From the NCBI GenBank assembly GCA_026023565.1, contig JAPETS010000012.1:434001-498000 (forward strand): DNA of 64,000 bases, in the 5' to 3' direction. The translations under genes and the position numbers were made by a program. Below the pieces are notes generated by a model that was given only the letters and a program-made list of their open reading frames with translations, was not told the origin of the DNA and made no database searches. How positions within the stretch are numbered: the first letter of the stretch is position 1; every line of letters begins with the position of its first letter. Positions 1-12,829 of this stretch are shown here, piece after piece. Source of the stretch: Cirrosporium novae-zelandiae. Taxonomy: Eukaryota.

Positions 1-1332
1 CTTACTCGTACGTATTTTATTTCTGAACATACGATCCATGTTTGCTATATCATATTTCGAATTATCCAAGCATCACATCCTGAGGTGTTCTCCTGCATGA
101 GATATAGTGTGTGTTATCCTTGGGAAGGTATACTGTAATAAAACTGTTGGCTTGCTGAAAAGGTTCTTCATAAAACATTTTTGGAGCATGGCCCTTTGGC
201 AAGAGGACTGGAGAAGTCAAAGCCGTCATTTAATCGGTCGACTCCAGAATGAATACTCAATAGCACCGATATTCCGGTCGTTTTGGTGGTGAACTTATTG
301 GAAGAACCAATATACATGATGACGAAGCATACAGCTCTCCTTTTCCGCGAGCATATTCTCCCTCATGATTTCTTCTATATCCGTCGTTAAAATATCCTCT
401 TCAATGGAGCTTGCGAGTATGCTGGCTCAAGGGATCGAGGGCACCACTGCCTTTTATACTTATCGTCTTTCACTTAAAAATTATATCTCGGTGCTGCTTT
501 TCAATAGATTCCTGGAAGCTCATTTGTATCTAGACCTTTAAGCACTAACCTAACCTCCCGTATAGGTTCCTAGGCGAAGAAACATATAAGCCAGGCATGA
601 AACTCACCTCTGCAGTACGCCTTCACTCTTTCAATCTGTCCAACTCCATATCCCCATCCTCTAAACTAACTCACCTCCTAGCCAACCTTCATCTGCGACC
701 CCATAGATGGTACCGTAAACTTCGTCCACTCTTTCCCAAACGTCTGCATCTCCCTCGGCTTCACCGTCAACTACACCCCCGTCGTCGGTGTAATTTTCAA
801 TCCCTTCCAATCCCTCCTCTACAGTGCTATCTCCGGCTCCGGTGCCACTGTCACGAATGTCTTGACCTCTAAAACACAACCCCTCCCCCTCAAGCAAACT
901 CCAGAACCCCTCACCGGCCTTCAGAACTCTCTCGTCGCTGTAGAATGGGGAAGTGATCGAAATGGCAACAACTGGAAGACCAAGACCGAAACCTTCTTGA
1001 AGCTTGCAGCTGAGATCGAGGATGGTGGGAAAATGGTTCACTCATTGAGGTGCTCTGGATCTGCGGCACTTAATCTCTGCGCCGTGGCTGCGGGGACTAT
1101 TGATGTGTATTGGGAGGCTGGGTGCTGGGCTTGGGACGTGTGTGCCGGGTGGGTTATTCTCAAGGAGGCGGGCGGAATCATGGTAGACGCGAATCCGGGC
1201 AACTGGGAGCCTACAGTAGATGGGAGGAGGTATATGGCTGTTAGGGGAGTAGGAAATGCAGGGGGGCAAAAGGAGATGGTGGAGGAGTTTTGGGGGGTTG
1301 TTGGGGACAACATCTTTGTTTATGAGAATTAG
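1..1332 (+). CDS. Inositol monophosphatase family protein (5' part lies upstream of the window)
   Basis: Manual splice: ..xYS | intron 8-565 (GTACGT..CTAAC..TAG) | FLGEETYKPGMKLTSA | intron | PTFICDPIDGTVNFVH...GSAALNLC...YWE.GCWAWDVCAG. GEE, DPIDGT and WD are IMPase motifs. Stop at 1332. Confidence 0.92.
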
Positions 1333-1785
1333 AGGCTTGGATTTGTGGAGAGGGTAGTAGGATGGAAGGTTTGTGGATGGATGGATAGAGAGATACCACC
1401 AGCGACTGTCCTTGGCTGCATATAGCAGCATAGAGCACATAGAAACTTAGAATCAGATTTGATTGTCTATAAAAGCTAGGATCACGAATAACCCGCCAAC
1501 TAATGGTGGAAACATAAATGCCAAGCCTCGCCGAGCCATCGCACGTTGCTGTCTGATCGTGATCAATTGGACGGCCCAAGGACGTCGAGGCATCAAAGAA
1601 TCTAGCAGCACTATATAGCCTGAAAGGTCAAGAATCCACTGTTTAGTAACATGTATAAACGAATGGAAGAAGCCACCGGTAAGTCATAAAATCGGCTTCT
1701 GAAGGCCTCCCGATATGCACATTTATTTAAGGCGATTTCACCTTCACCAACCGTAATTGCGAATCGCAAAATGCCAATCCTCGCT

Positions 1786-2865
1786 TCAATATCCAGCTTT
1801 AATTTTACTTAAGTCCCTGATTTCTTGCACAGTTGGTCTAGACGTATCGACTGGTGCCTGATCGGGTAGACGCAGTAGCACAAAGCGCCAATATGCCCCC
1901 CCGAGCGTGTTGTGGCGAATGTCGTACGAAGAGACGCGATATAAGCCATCGTAACGCGAACCGGCAGAGGGTCCATATTTCGACGAACCGCTACTTGAGC
2001 GAATGACACGAATCGGGTTTTGAGTTTCCAGGGACCGCAGAAGGGCCCTGGCTCCAGCGGTTTCAGTAGGGGTAGTTGGGTCAGTGTTATCTTCTGCATG
2101 CGGCGCAGTGTAATATATAGTGTCGCCCAAGTCGACGTCAAGATCTGAATGCATTGCCAAGATAACCGCGTAAGCACCATCCGGGCTTGTTCCGTCAATC
2201 CCCGTCATCCCAGTTCCGTGTGCGCCATCGCGAGAGGCGCATCTTCTTGTCGCAAACCAAGCACCGATTTCTAGTCCATTGTTGCCGAAGACTTTGGCAC
2301 TTTTTTTCACATAATTTGGGTCGACACGAGATACCTCCTTTCGATTACTTTGGTATCTTAAGATATGATGCATAATTCCGTTTATACCGTAGATAGGACG
2401 TCCAGGAGGTGCAATTCGAGGGGTCTGACGTCGACTTGGCTGTGCAGTCAAGGTTCTACTGCTCTCGCCGCTATTCTTGTGTCCTTCCGTTCTTAAGGTT
2501 GGCGTGAGGATTAGTGGTCCTTCAATTACTGGCGTCAAAAGTTGGCCCCAATTACAAACTTCAAATTTTTGGTGAAGAGCAGTGGCCTCGTCTGCAAAAT
2601 ATTTAGGAAATTCTATTCCTAGTCTAAGCCCCATCATAACCTCTAGATTTTCCTTAAGCTTCAGTCGTTTTGCGAATGCTTGAGTTAGATTCTTAATCTT
2701 TCCCATAGCTTCCAATAATTGAGCAAGCAGCATCTTTTGCTCATCATTCAAGCTTGAACCTTTCCTAAGAACATCCGCGTACCGTGAAATTGTGTAGTCC
2801 CATTCTAAGTGGGAAGCTAAGAAACTTTCAGGAGAATTTTGATTGAATACTGTTGATGAAGTCAT
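1786..2865 (-). CDS. Stand-alone SRA/YDG (SET and RING associated) domain protein
   Basis: Intronless 359-aa ORF. The C-terminal half has FGNNGLEIGAWF, GAHG..MTGIDG, DVDLGDTIYYT, PIRVIRS and RYDGLYRV, characteristic of SRA/YDG. Confidence 0.85.
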   Translation of the reverse strand: MTSSTVFNQNSPESFLASHLEWDYTISRYADVLRKGSSLNDEQKMLLAQLLEAMGKIKNLTQAFAKRLKLKENLEVMMGLRLGIEFPKYFADEATALHQKFEVCNWGQLLTPVIEGPLILTPTLRTEGHKNSGESSRTLTAQPSRRQTPRIAPPGRPIYGINGIMHHILRYQSNRKEVSRVDPNYVKKSAKVFGNNGLEIGAWFATRRCASRDGAHGTGMTGIDGTSPDGAYAVILAMHSDLDVDLGDTIYYTAPHAEDNTDPTTPTETAGARALLRSLETQNPIRVIRSSSGSSKYGPSAGSRYDGLYRVSSYDIRHNTLGGAYWRFVLLRLPDQAPVDTSRPTVQEIRDLSKIKAGY

Positions 2866-4180
2866 TGTGAGAAGGTAGATGAGACAAGTTTCCCTAAGGT
2901 CTTATTATGATCAGGAATGTTTCTATCCTTGCATTGCACTTGAGTAGAAAACAATAATGGGAGAGATGTTTATGAAAAGTTTTATAAGTAATTTAAAGGA
3001 GTTAGTGGGGACTTACACGGCCTTCAAGATGTAAAGCTGTAAACGGAACTGGGAAAATAGTGGTAGAGTCCAATCGTAACCCAGCACGGATAAGCCTAGA
3101 ACGGCCAAGTAGTGAGAATGTACTAATGTTTCTCAAGCTCCCAATATTAAGTAGCTTCAAGGACAACGATATATGAGATGTGAATGCCGATGGAATGTAT
3201 GAAAGGAGTTAAAAATCCATAAAGTTGAAAGGCTCAAAAACAATTGAGATTATAAGAGTAAATTTAAGTAAACAAGCTACTTAGGCTAACTTGTCGGATA
3301 ACTGGGATTGTTTCTGAAAAATCATTGGTCTCGACTTGTTTAGAAAGAGATGATCCTTTATGTAAAGTAGAATTGAAGCTAAGCCGATGACCAAAGCCGA
3401 ATTCTAAAACCTGGTAAGTTATAGGATATAGCAAGATCGATCCAAAGTAGTGAAGCATTGACTGGCGTTCAAAAGACGGGAGCCGCCACTACTGTAGGTC
3501 TTGATATAAAAAAAGAAGTCACAAATACCAATTATGCCGCTAGGATAGCACCGTTTTCCCCAGATCAGTTTCAACATGTATGATAATGGGGACCATGAGC
3601 CAAGGAGACATATAAGTTAGTTATATGTACTTAGTAAAAACAAAGTGAAGATGAAATAAGATGAAGTAAACAAAGTTTATTAAATACCTAGGTACTGTAC
3701 TGTACGTACAGGGAAATACATGGAAGAACCCATGTGGTCGCGGATAGTCCCGAGGACCCGAAAGACCCTAAAACTTTATCGGTTCCGGTTGTTTGCATCG
3801 TTTGACCAGGAAAATACGTGCAGTTGAGACTTGGCGAGCTCAGAGCTTGCCCAAAGCTTCTTATCCTCTTAAAATATGGGGCGTCTATTCATCCTTGGAC
3901 TAGCCAACTGTATAACCCTCGTTGGCTAAATCCATCACCGCCCAAAGACACCGCATAGCTAAACCAGCACCCCACTGCCACCTTACCCTGGTTGTCATCA
4001 CACCGAATCCAATACTACTTTGGAGTATTTCACGCACCCTTTCCTTCGGAATGTCCTAATTGGAATGTCCTAATACTTTACTACCGGTGCATTACTTGTG
4101 TGCATGAAGCGGGGACAAGGCCGACGAAGCTAGGGCAAATATGCAGACTAAGGGCCTGGGGTTCTTGTTAGGTACTAAGG

Positions 4181-6427
4181 ATGGACTTATCTCACAGTGA
4201 GGCTGGACTTTTGTCTGGGAAATCAAAAAGAACTCATGATCGTTCGAGGAAAAAGGGTCATTCTTCTAGTCGCCGTAACGCTGCTGAGGGCGATGAAAGA
4301 TATCCTCCCAAGGACGAACCAGACGTGGAACATTTACGTCAAGCTCGCGCGAACTATTTCAGTAAATCACCAGCTGAACGGCAGGCAAGGGCAAAGGTGC
4401 CGAATATATCTGGACCGTATGAAAAAATGAATCATCCAAAATCATCACATCGGGGCACGAAAGACCCAGAGACCGGCCATCACAAACATAGGTCTAAACG
4501 AAGCCACACCGCTCGAGAGGAAAGGGCATTCAAGAAGAATGATGAAGGGGAATATGTATATCGCAATAACGAGCGCAAGGAAGAAAATGACCAAAAATCA
4601 GCAAAGACTACGACACAGGAAGGTCAAGAAAGTAATAAAAATGAACTACGAAGGAGAAAAACAGTAAAACCACGGACGACAAGCAAAGGAAATCCGACAT
4701 CAACAAACACTGATGGCAAAGAATCTAAGCATGGAAAGTCGAAGGCCGAGGACGGGCATAAGGCTCGAAGATCTCGTGCTGATGGTGCCAATCCTGGGAA
4801 ACCCACCATAACAAGGTAATAACCTATTCATGATCTTGGTATACTATATATCGTCTAATCAATAGTAGGAGTAAAACAATGTATGAATCGCCATCTAAAC
4901 GACATCCGTCTCTCGAACGGGCCAAAGCTACAAGGCATGCATCTGCCAACCCTACAATCCCACCTCAAGTTCAATCTAGCTCAACCAAGGTCGAACCGGG
5001 AAAGAAAAATGATCGCAACACTGGGTTTCTGTCCATGCTTTTCAAAGCGCCTCCACCTGCTCCCCCAGAGAAGAAGTTCGTCTACCACGCTTATTTCTAA
5101 GGGCTACATAGTAACTATGCTTAGGGTTCAATGCATAACATGCCTTTCCGACGATCTTCCTTCGTCAAAAACAGCAAAATTATCCTGCGATCATCGAATG
5201 TGCCATAGTTGTCTGAAACGGGTCTTCAAATTATCTTTGACGGATCCATCACAAATGCCTCCGAGGTGCTGCCGCCCACAGGAACATATTCCTCTGAAAT
5301 ATGTTGATAAGCTATTCGATGACTCGTTCAAGATGAAATGGAATAAGAAGTATCATGAATATACAACCAAGAATCGTCTATACTGCCCAAAACGAGGATG
5401 TGGTGAATGGATCAGACCCGCCAATATCCATGCTGACACTTCAAGCGGAGCTACAGGTGGTCGAAAGTACGGTATCTGTACGCGATGTAAGACGAAGGTG
5501 TGCGCTCTTTGCAACAACAAATGGCATCCCAGTCGAACCTGCCCTAAGGACGAGGAAACCCGCAAATTTATCGAAACTGCCAAACAGGAAGGCTGGAAAC
5601 GCTGCTTCAATTGTTCTGCCATGGTCGAACTTAAGGAAGGGTGTAATCATATGACTTGCCGATGCACCGCTGAATTTTGCATGATATGCGGTGCCAAATG
5701 GAAGACCTGTGATTGCCCTTGGTTTAACTACGACACCGTTGAACAAGATCGTCTGCTCCACATGAATGTCCCTCATGCCCGTCAGGTTCATGCTAACGAT
5801 CCAGCAGCAGCAAATGCACCCCATGCATACCACGAAGAACTGGATCGCCGCCGAGACCAGGAAGCCCGCGATGAAGCCCTTGCCCGTCGTCTACAGGGTT
5901 TTGGGGACGACGAAGACGATACTCTTGCTCCCGAAAATGTTAATGGCAATATCATCGGTATCGGCAATGCAGCTGGGCATTTTCTCAATCAAGATTTTAT
6001 TCGTCGAGCTACTGGATTTCTGACTGGTAATTTTGGCCAAGGGATTGATCGTGTCGCTCAAGAAACCCGAGATAATGATGCAAATCTTCTTCGCCCACCT
6101 GCTGCCCTTTTGCAAGCCGAGCGAGCTGAACGAGCTGCTGCCCGTGCGCAGATGCGGCCACCTCAGGCTCATCTACCTGTGCGTGCCCGTACCAATGCAT
6201 CAAGAAGACACAACAACGCGCCAATAGCAACAGCAGAAGAGCTGGCTGTACCAGGACACACTACCCATAATTACGCTACTGAAGCTACAAGACATCACCC
6301 TGCTGCTGAAAGGAGAGGGACCAGGAGAGTTTCTACTCTGGCAGGGCTGACAAACGGGGCGAGAGGACAAGGAAGAGTGAGCGGATGGTTAAACGGAGTG
6401 GCTATTGGATCCAATCCACACGAATAA
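4181..6427 (+). CDS. RBR (RING-IBR-RING) E3 ubiquitin ligase with a basic low-complexity N-terminus
   Basis: Introns 4816-4868 and 5076-5124 join three ORFs. RING1 CITC..CDH..CHSC, IBR YCPKRGC..C..C, RING2 RCFNC...GCNHMTCRC..FCMICG. Confidence 0.9.
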
Positions 6428-7076
6428 GATACTCATTTCCTTAAATCGGATTGGCTGAATAAGATCCACTGGCAAAAATATCAAATGATAAAAAACATGA
6501 TAAGATGCTATTGGGACTAGGGTACATCGGATAACCATACTTATGGGAGTTTTAGTGTCATTTCTGAGTTGGTTTGGTTCACTTCTCTAGCCGGGCGGAT
6601 TACTGACGTCGATGATTGGTTTACGATGATGAACTTGATATGAATACCCCTTTCGTTTTGGAAATGCAAATCACGAGTATGGAATAGATAGCTACCTAGG
6701 TAGTTTAGTTGGTAAGAGGCGGAATACTTTAGTGGAATATTATTACCTTTATTATCTTGTGTAAATGCACTTACTTTATTAAAGTATTCATACAATTTCC
6801 TAATGAAGCATACTTGTATTTCGAGATGTTAATTTCCAAGCTGACCTTAAAGGGTTGGTTCTGGTCTGATTGGATTGTTTATTCAATTATCCCCAGCCTT
6901 ACAGCCCTAAGCCCTTATCGATAAGATTCTATGACGATTTCTCGAAATTTTGCTACCCCTCCACCTTTGTTTTTAGCCCAAGCAGCTACTTTTTATCTAT
7001 TTACAAATCGAATCTTTCTAAATTTTGGTAATACCCCTCGAAAATAGTTCTCATATCCCCATCCATCTCAGTCGCG

Positions 7077-8554
7077 ATGCCAACCCAACTGGAGGAGGCA
7101 AGTTTTACGGACCCAAATACCCCTCTGTAAGAAAATCCTAACAAGCTACGAAAGCTCGTGGAGTTCCTCCACCACGGAAACACACAGATCAGACAAATTG
7201 GTAACCAGCTTCTCCCAGAAAACCAATAACTATAATGTTTGCTTCATATTACTTACTTCCCCTTGCCATGCGCTTAGCCGTCGAGACCCTCGTCCCCTTC
7301 TCAACGTCGGAACCGTCCCTCTTCAAGCGCAATCAGCTAGAACCAATCAAAGATTTGAAATTGCTAATTCGGGATTATGCGCAGATCGCGCATAATGCTA
7401 TCACAATTATGATTAATCTGACGGCAAGTCAGGAAGATATTCGGGATGCGCTGGCTGGGGATGATAAGTTTTTGTTAGATATGGTGCTTAAGATTACTGT
7501 GAGCTTTTTGAGGGGAGTGAGAACTTCCACGCTTTCTTGTTCTTCGATGCGATTGTTGGATTATATATTATATTTATATATGTTGACTGATCGCCTTATT
7601 GGTAGACCGACGCCGAAAGAAACGCCGACTCGCTCTGCATGCTTCTAACAAACCTCTCGAAATCGGATATCCTATTAGACCACCTACTTCCCCTAGAGCG
7701 GAAAGATCCCCCGAAAAGTCTTTCCACTACCAATAAAGCGATGGACCAGCTAATGGCCGTATTTGTCAAAGGCGAACGCGGGAAATGGAATAAACATTCC
7801 GATTATGATTATTTAGCTTACGTCTTTGGAGACTTGGCGAAGGTCCGATTCTCATTTCCCCCTTGGAGTTTAGAAGGAAAGACGATATTGACGGGGTCAT
7901 TTGCAACAGCACCAGTCATTTCGGACATATATGAACACAAGCCCCTCGCCCGATTCCCACATTCCGCTCCAGAATCTCCTCCCATTCACGGATCATGCGT
8001 CTCTTCCCCGTCGTCTGGGGGTGACGCTAACGCTTAAAAACACGCTCTTTGATACTTCGAACCACCTTAAGCTCCTGTCTCCCCCAGTGTCCCTCCTGCC
8101 ATACCTCCTCATGCCTCTCTGCGGCCCCGACACCGCTTACACCATCGAAGAGACCGAGCAGCTCCTTTCCGAGCTTCAGTTTCTCGGCGAGGACAAGAAG
8201 CGAGAGAGGGATACTCGAATTATACATGCATTATTAGAGTGTTTGATGTTAATATCCTGCGGGAGTAGAGAGGCGAGAGAGATTGTGAGAGAAGCTGGAA
8301 GCTATCTTGTTGTTAGGGAATTGCATGTTGATGTTGAGGATGAGGGGGTGAGAGAAGTCTGTGAGAGGTTGGTAGATGTGCTACAGAGAGATGAAGCCCC
8401 TACAGAGGAGGAAGATGAAACCAAACAGAAGACTCTGGAACAAGGAATATCTTCACTATCGATTTCGACGGCAGCTAAGGAAAAAAACGAGAAGATAGAA
8501 AAAGCGGAAGATTTCGATGATGAAGACGATGACAAGGTCGTGGAGATCTTTTGA
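7077..8554 (+). CDS. HGH1: HGH1/FAM203 family protein (eEF2 chaperone)
   Basis: Exon 1 MPTQLEE, GC-AG intron 7098-7154, then LVEFLHHGNTQIRQI. Later CMLLTNLSK, YDYLAYVFGDL, RRLGVTLTLKN and CERLVDVLQRDE, with an acidic tail. About 5 exons. Confidence 0.88.
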
Positions 8555-8816
8555 ACAAATTCGGATCAATCTTTAATTACCTACCCTCCACGAACCCTCT
8601 CGGGATATAATTGTTCATATATTGTTAGGGAATAGCTAACCCCAAAGGGCTGATTGGGGGTGGCGGCAGGTGTAGATTTATTTGAGTGCATAGACTTGCA
8701 TGGCCTCTTGCAGATCCACGACATATATTATTCAATACAAAATATAATAACTCAAAAACAGATATACAATTCCTTGAAAATAATTAACCATTTTTATTGC
8801 AAAACAAGCAAGCAGC

Positions 8817-9278
8817 AAAAAGTTCAGATGCCACCTCTTACATGAGAGAGCGCATCCTATGAAAACCACCTCCAAGCGAGAGTAGTTTTACAACCTGTTG
8901 TGGTCTAGAACTCACAACACAAATTTTTGTGGTCCTCCCGCCAGAAAATTGCGAAAGAAACCAAATTCAGGCTCGGTAAGCCAGGCTCGGTGTAATGATT
9001 TCTCCAAGGCTCAGCCAGCACCTTGGGAAAATTACACACAAAGCTCGGTTTCCAGAGACGTAATTTTATTTTGTTTTCGGGTCCAATCAAACTTTTGGAC
9101 CGAAAACGAACCATAGGGGAAGACTGTCCCCTTTGTCAGACTGTTTACGACTTGCGTTGTCGGATTACAGAATCAATTGTGGAGACTGTAGGAGTTGAAC
9201 CTACACACTTTGTTTGGCGGGGAACAGAGTGCACCAATGGTTGTAGCGCTTCCGTAACCGATACACTACACCGCCTCC
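8817..9278 (-). ncRNA. Candidate Pol III-transcribed structured RNA (or tRNA-derived SINE) with a tRNA-like 5' domain
   Basis: On the minus strand: A-box TAGTGTATCGG (9258-9268), B-box GGTTCAACTCC (9191-9201), T-arm TGTAGG/CCTACA, acceptor-like GGAGGC/GTCTCC+A, at least 6 downstream hairpins and T5 at 8817-8821. Family not recognised. Confidence 0.6.
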
Positions 9279-9575
9279 CGATAATAATTTGATTCTGAAA
9301 ATTGGATGAATTTGAAGGTTGGATGTTGAATGGTTACTGAAAGATTTAGAGGGATTCATAAGTTAGCTTCTTTGCTGGCAAAATTGAAATCCCGGTCACG
9401 AATAAATTTTAATGTGAAAATTAGTGACCATGCATACAGCAAATCATAAGGCCAGGGTAGGTCAGAACTTGAAAGGTCATGGAGGTTTTCGCAAGACCTC
9501 TTTCCCGGAATTTAGTAATAATATTATAGTATTTCGAGGTATAGTGGGGAATAACTACTCCCACAACATCTAGGT

Positions 9576-10292
9576 TTATATCGTCCGCATTTCAAAGTCT
9601 CGACGCATGGATTCTTTCACGATGCTCCCACAGAGCTTTGCATATGGATTTGTCTGCACACCCAACTGCCTCGCAATGCCGTTTCCGTATCTCCCTCCGA
9701 GAAATAAATCCCTACTTGCCATTTCCTCTAATCGATCGGTATCAAATCCTCTCAGCTCACCAGGGAGATTTCTATCCTCACCCCCGGCCGGTTTCATTGA
9801 CCGTGATCTCGAGAGCCGTAATAGGAGGTGTCCTCGATGGGAGTGAGAAGATGCAAGTATCTTTGCCTGGAAGGGTGAAATAGGATCGCTTGGTTGCGAG
9901 GGAGATGCCAGTGTGATTGCTTGACATAAATCTGAGAATAAGGTACTCGAGGAAGCGGCTTGGTCATTCAGATCATCTCCTACGAGCATTCTTGTGGCTT
10001 GTGCCCTGTTATTCCATGCCGATGGATAGTTTGGATACTGTTCAATCAGGTGTGTTAATGAGGAGATGGCTTTCTCAATCGACGTCGTTGAAGGATTTGG
10101 AGTATTCAAGGGGCGTATTGCTGCGACTTCTTGTGCTTGGAGAGACTTTAGGAGATCGGGATGGAATTGAGATAGTCCTGGAAGAGAAGGGTCGATGATT
10201 TGGATAGTAGATGAAGGAGAAGATTCTGGATCAAAAAGAGCACCAAGGACTCGGGAGTCATTGTTGCTGAGGTCTGCTTTTACTTGGGACAT
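9576..10292 (-). CDS. TPR protein, TTC36-like (probable HmgX-type HppD accessory factor)
   Basis: Likely start MSQVKADLSNND. TPR-like YPNYPSAWNNRAQA and C-terminal GGRYGN.IARQL..QTNPYAKLCG resemble the TTC36 NPYA.LC motif. Divergent from hppD. Confidence 0.75.
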   Translation of the reverse strand: MSQVKADLSNNDSRVLGALFDPESSPSSTIQIIDPSLPGLSQFHPDLLKSLQAQEVAAIRPLNTPNPSTTSIEKAISSLTHLIEQYPNYPSAWNNRAQATRMLVGDDLNDQAASSSTLFSDLCQAITLASPSQPSDPISPFQAKILASSHSHRGHLLLRLSRSRSMKPAGGEDRNLPGELRGFDTDRLEEMASRDLFLGGRYGNGIARQLGVQTNPYAKLCGSIVKESMRRDFEMRTI

Positions 10293-11094
10293 CTCGAGGC
10301 TGTATGATTCACTGCAGTTCCTGCAAAGGCACAAAAATGCTATCTTTAACTGTGGAGGGACGATGGTGGTAATGACTGGGATGATCACCCTCAACCTTGA
10401 ATGCAGTTCCCCATGGGGTTCCTCGAATAAGCGAAGGAGCTCCGCTTTTTGATGATTGCATGGTGGACACGGCTAGAAGTCATCATGTTGTATTTCAAAG
10501 ATAACGGATTAGCAAATTACCTTCCGAATGTGATTGTTTGGTGGCGTAGGCGGTTCGGTAGCTGATGATGATGATGGTGGTGGTCAGCGATCTTATCGGC
10601 ATAAGACGGTTATAAGCGGGTCAACTTTATGGGCTTTCATAAAGGAACAAAGCCGATGATCCCGTTCATCCTATCACTTGTATCTCTAAACCCTGGGTTG
10701 CCTCTAAAGGATTGTATCTCTCTGACGATGAATAATCTACACTCAAACACAGTTCGAGACCAAATTCAATACGAATCCCCTTGTGACCTTACTACTATTA
10801 TTGTCTGGTCGGAGATAAGAAAAATGTTTCCTACTTTTCCGTCAACTTCACCTTGCTTCTCCGCTTCTACTTTCTTAAATCTGGAGTTGTATTGTACTTA
10901 TTTAAAAGTTCCTCAACTCTGCGTCTCATATCCTCTTTATCTTCTCTAATATAATATTCTTTTATCTTCTTCTTTCATCTACTTGATCAAGCCTCCGTTA
11001 TCACCCCCACAATAACACACCTAGCTTCCTTGGAAATTTCTCAATCATCATCTCGGTAGGCTTACCTATCGGTAGGACAAGTTAAACCGTTTCC

Positions 11095-12454
<1,360 letters not shown>

Positions 12455-12829
12455 GAGGTTCCTCAGCGATATACGAATAATGATATGATGGAAGGAACTA
12501 AGATCATGGCGTTCGGACCGTCAACTTGACATTTGAATTTTGCACAACTGACCCACCCAATTACAGTAAATAATTAATGCAAATTGTTCCAATCTAATTA
12601 ATGGCTAGACTAGCAGTTCTCGATAGGGTTCATTAGAGTAGGTAGTCAGGTGCATCCGCGCAACACTTAACACGCTCGCGCGTTCACTACGACCCACATA
12701 TGCCCGCAACATTCTTTGTCTTCAAACTTTACTCGTGTTTGATAAATAGCCACTCCTTTCTTCTTAATTTTAGTCTACCCGACTCCATAATGATAATGCA
12801 ATTTTCAACTTCATTAATTTTAATGCCGA

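Noticed and set aside
4048..4074. Direct repeat GGAATGTCCTAAT x2
   Set aside because: Only two copies; a simple slippage duplication with no sign of function.
8817..9179. RNase P/MRP, SRP, U3 or telomerase RNA identity
   Set aside because: No matching P4 (CR-I/CR-V) pair, SRP helix-8 motif, U3 boxes or TAACCCTAA template found by eye; needs a covariance-model search.
9180..9278. Canonical tRNA gene
   Set aside because: A/B boxes and a T-arm are present, but I could not fold a D-stem, an anticodon arm or a 7-bp acceptor stem in register.
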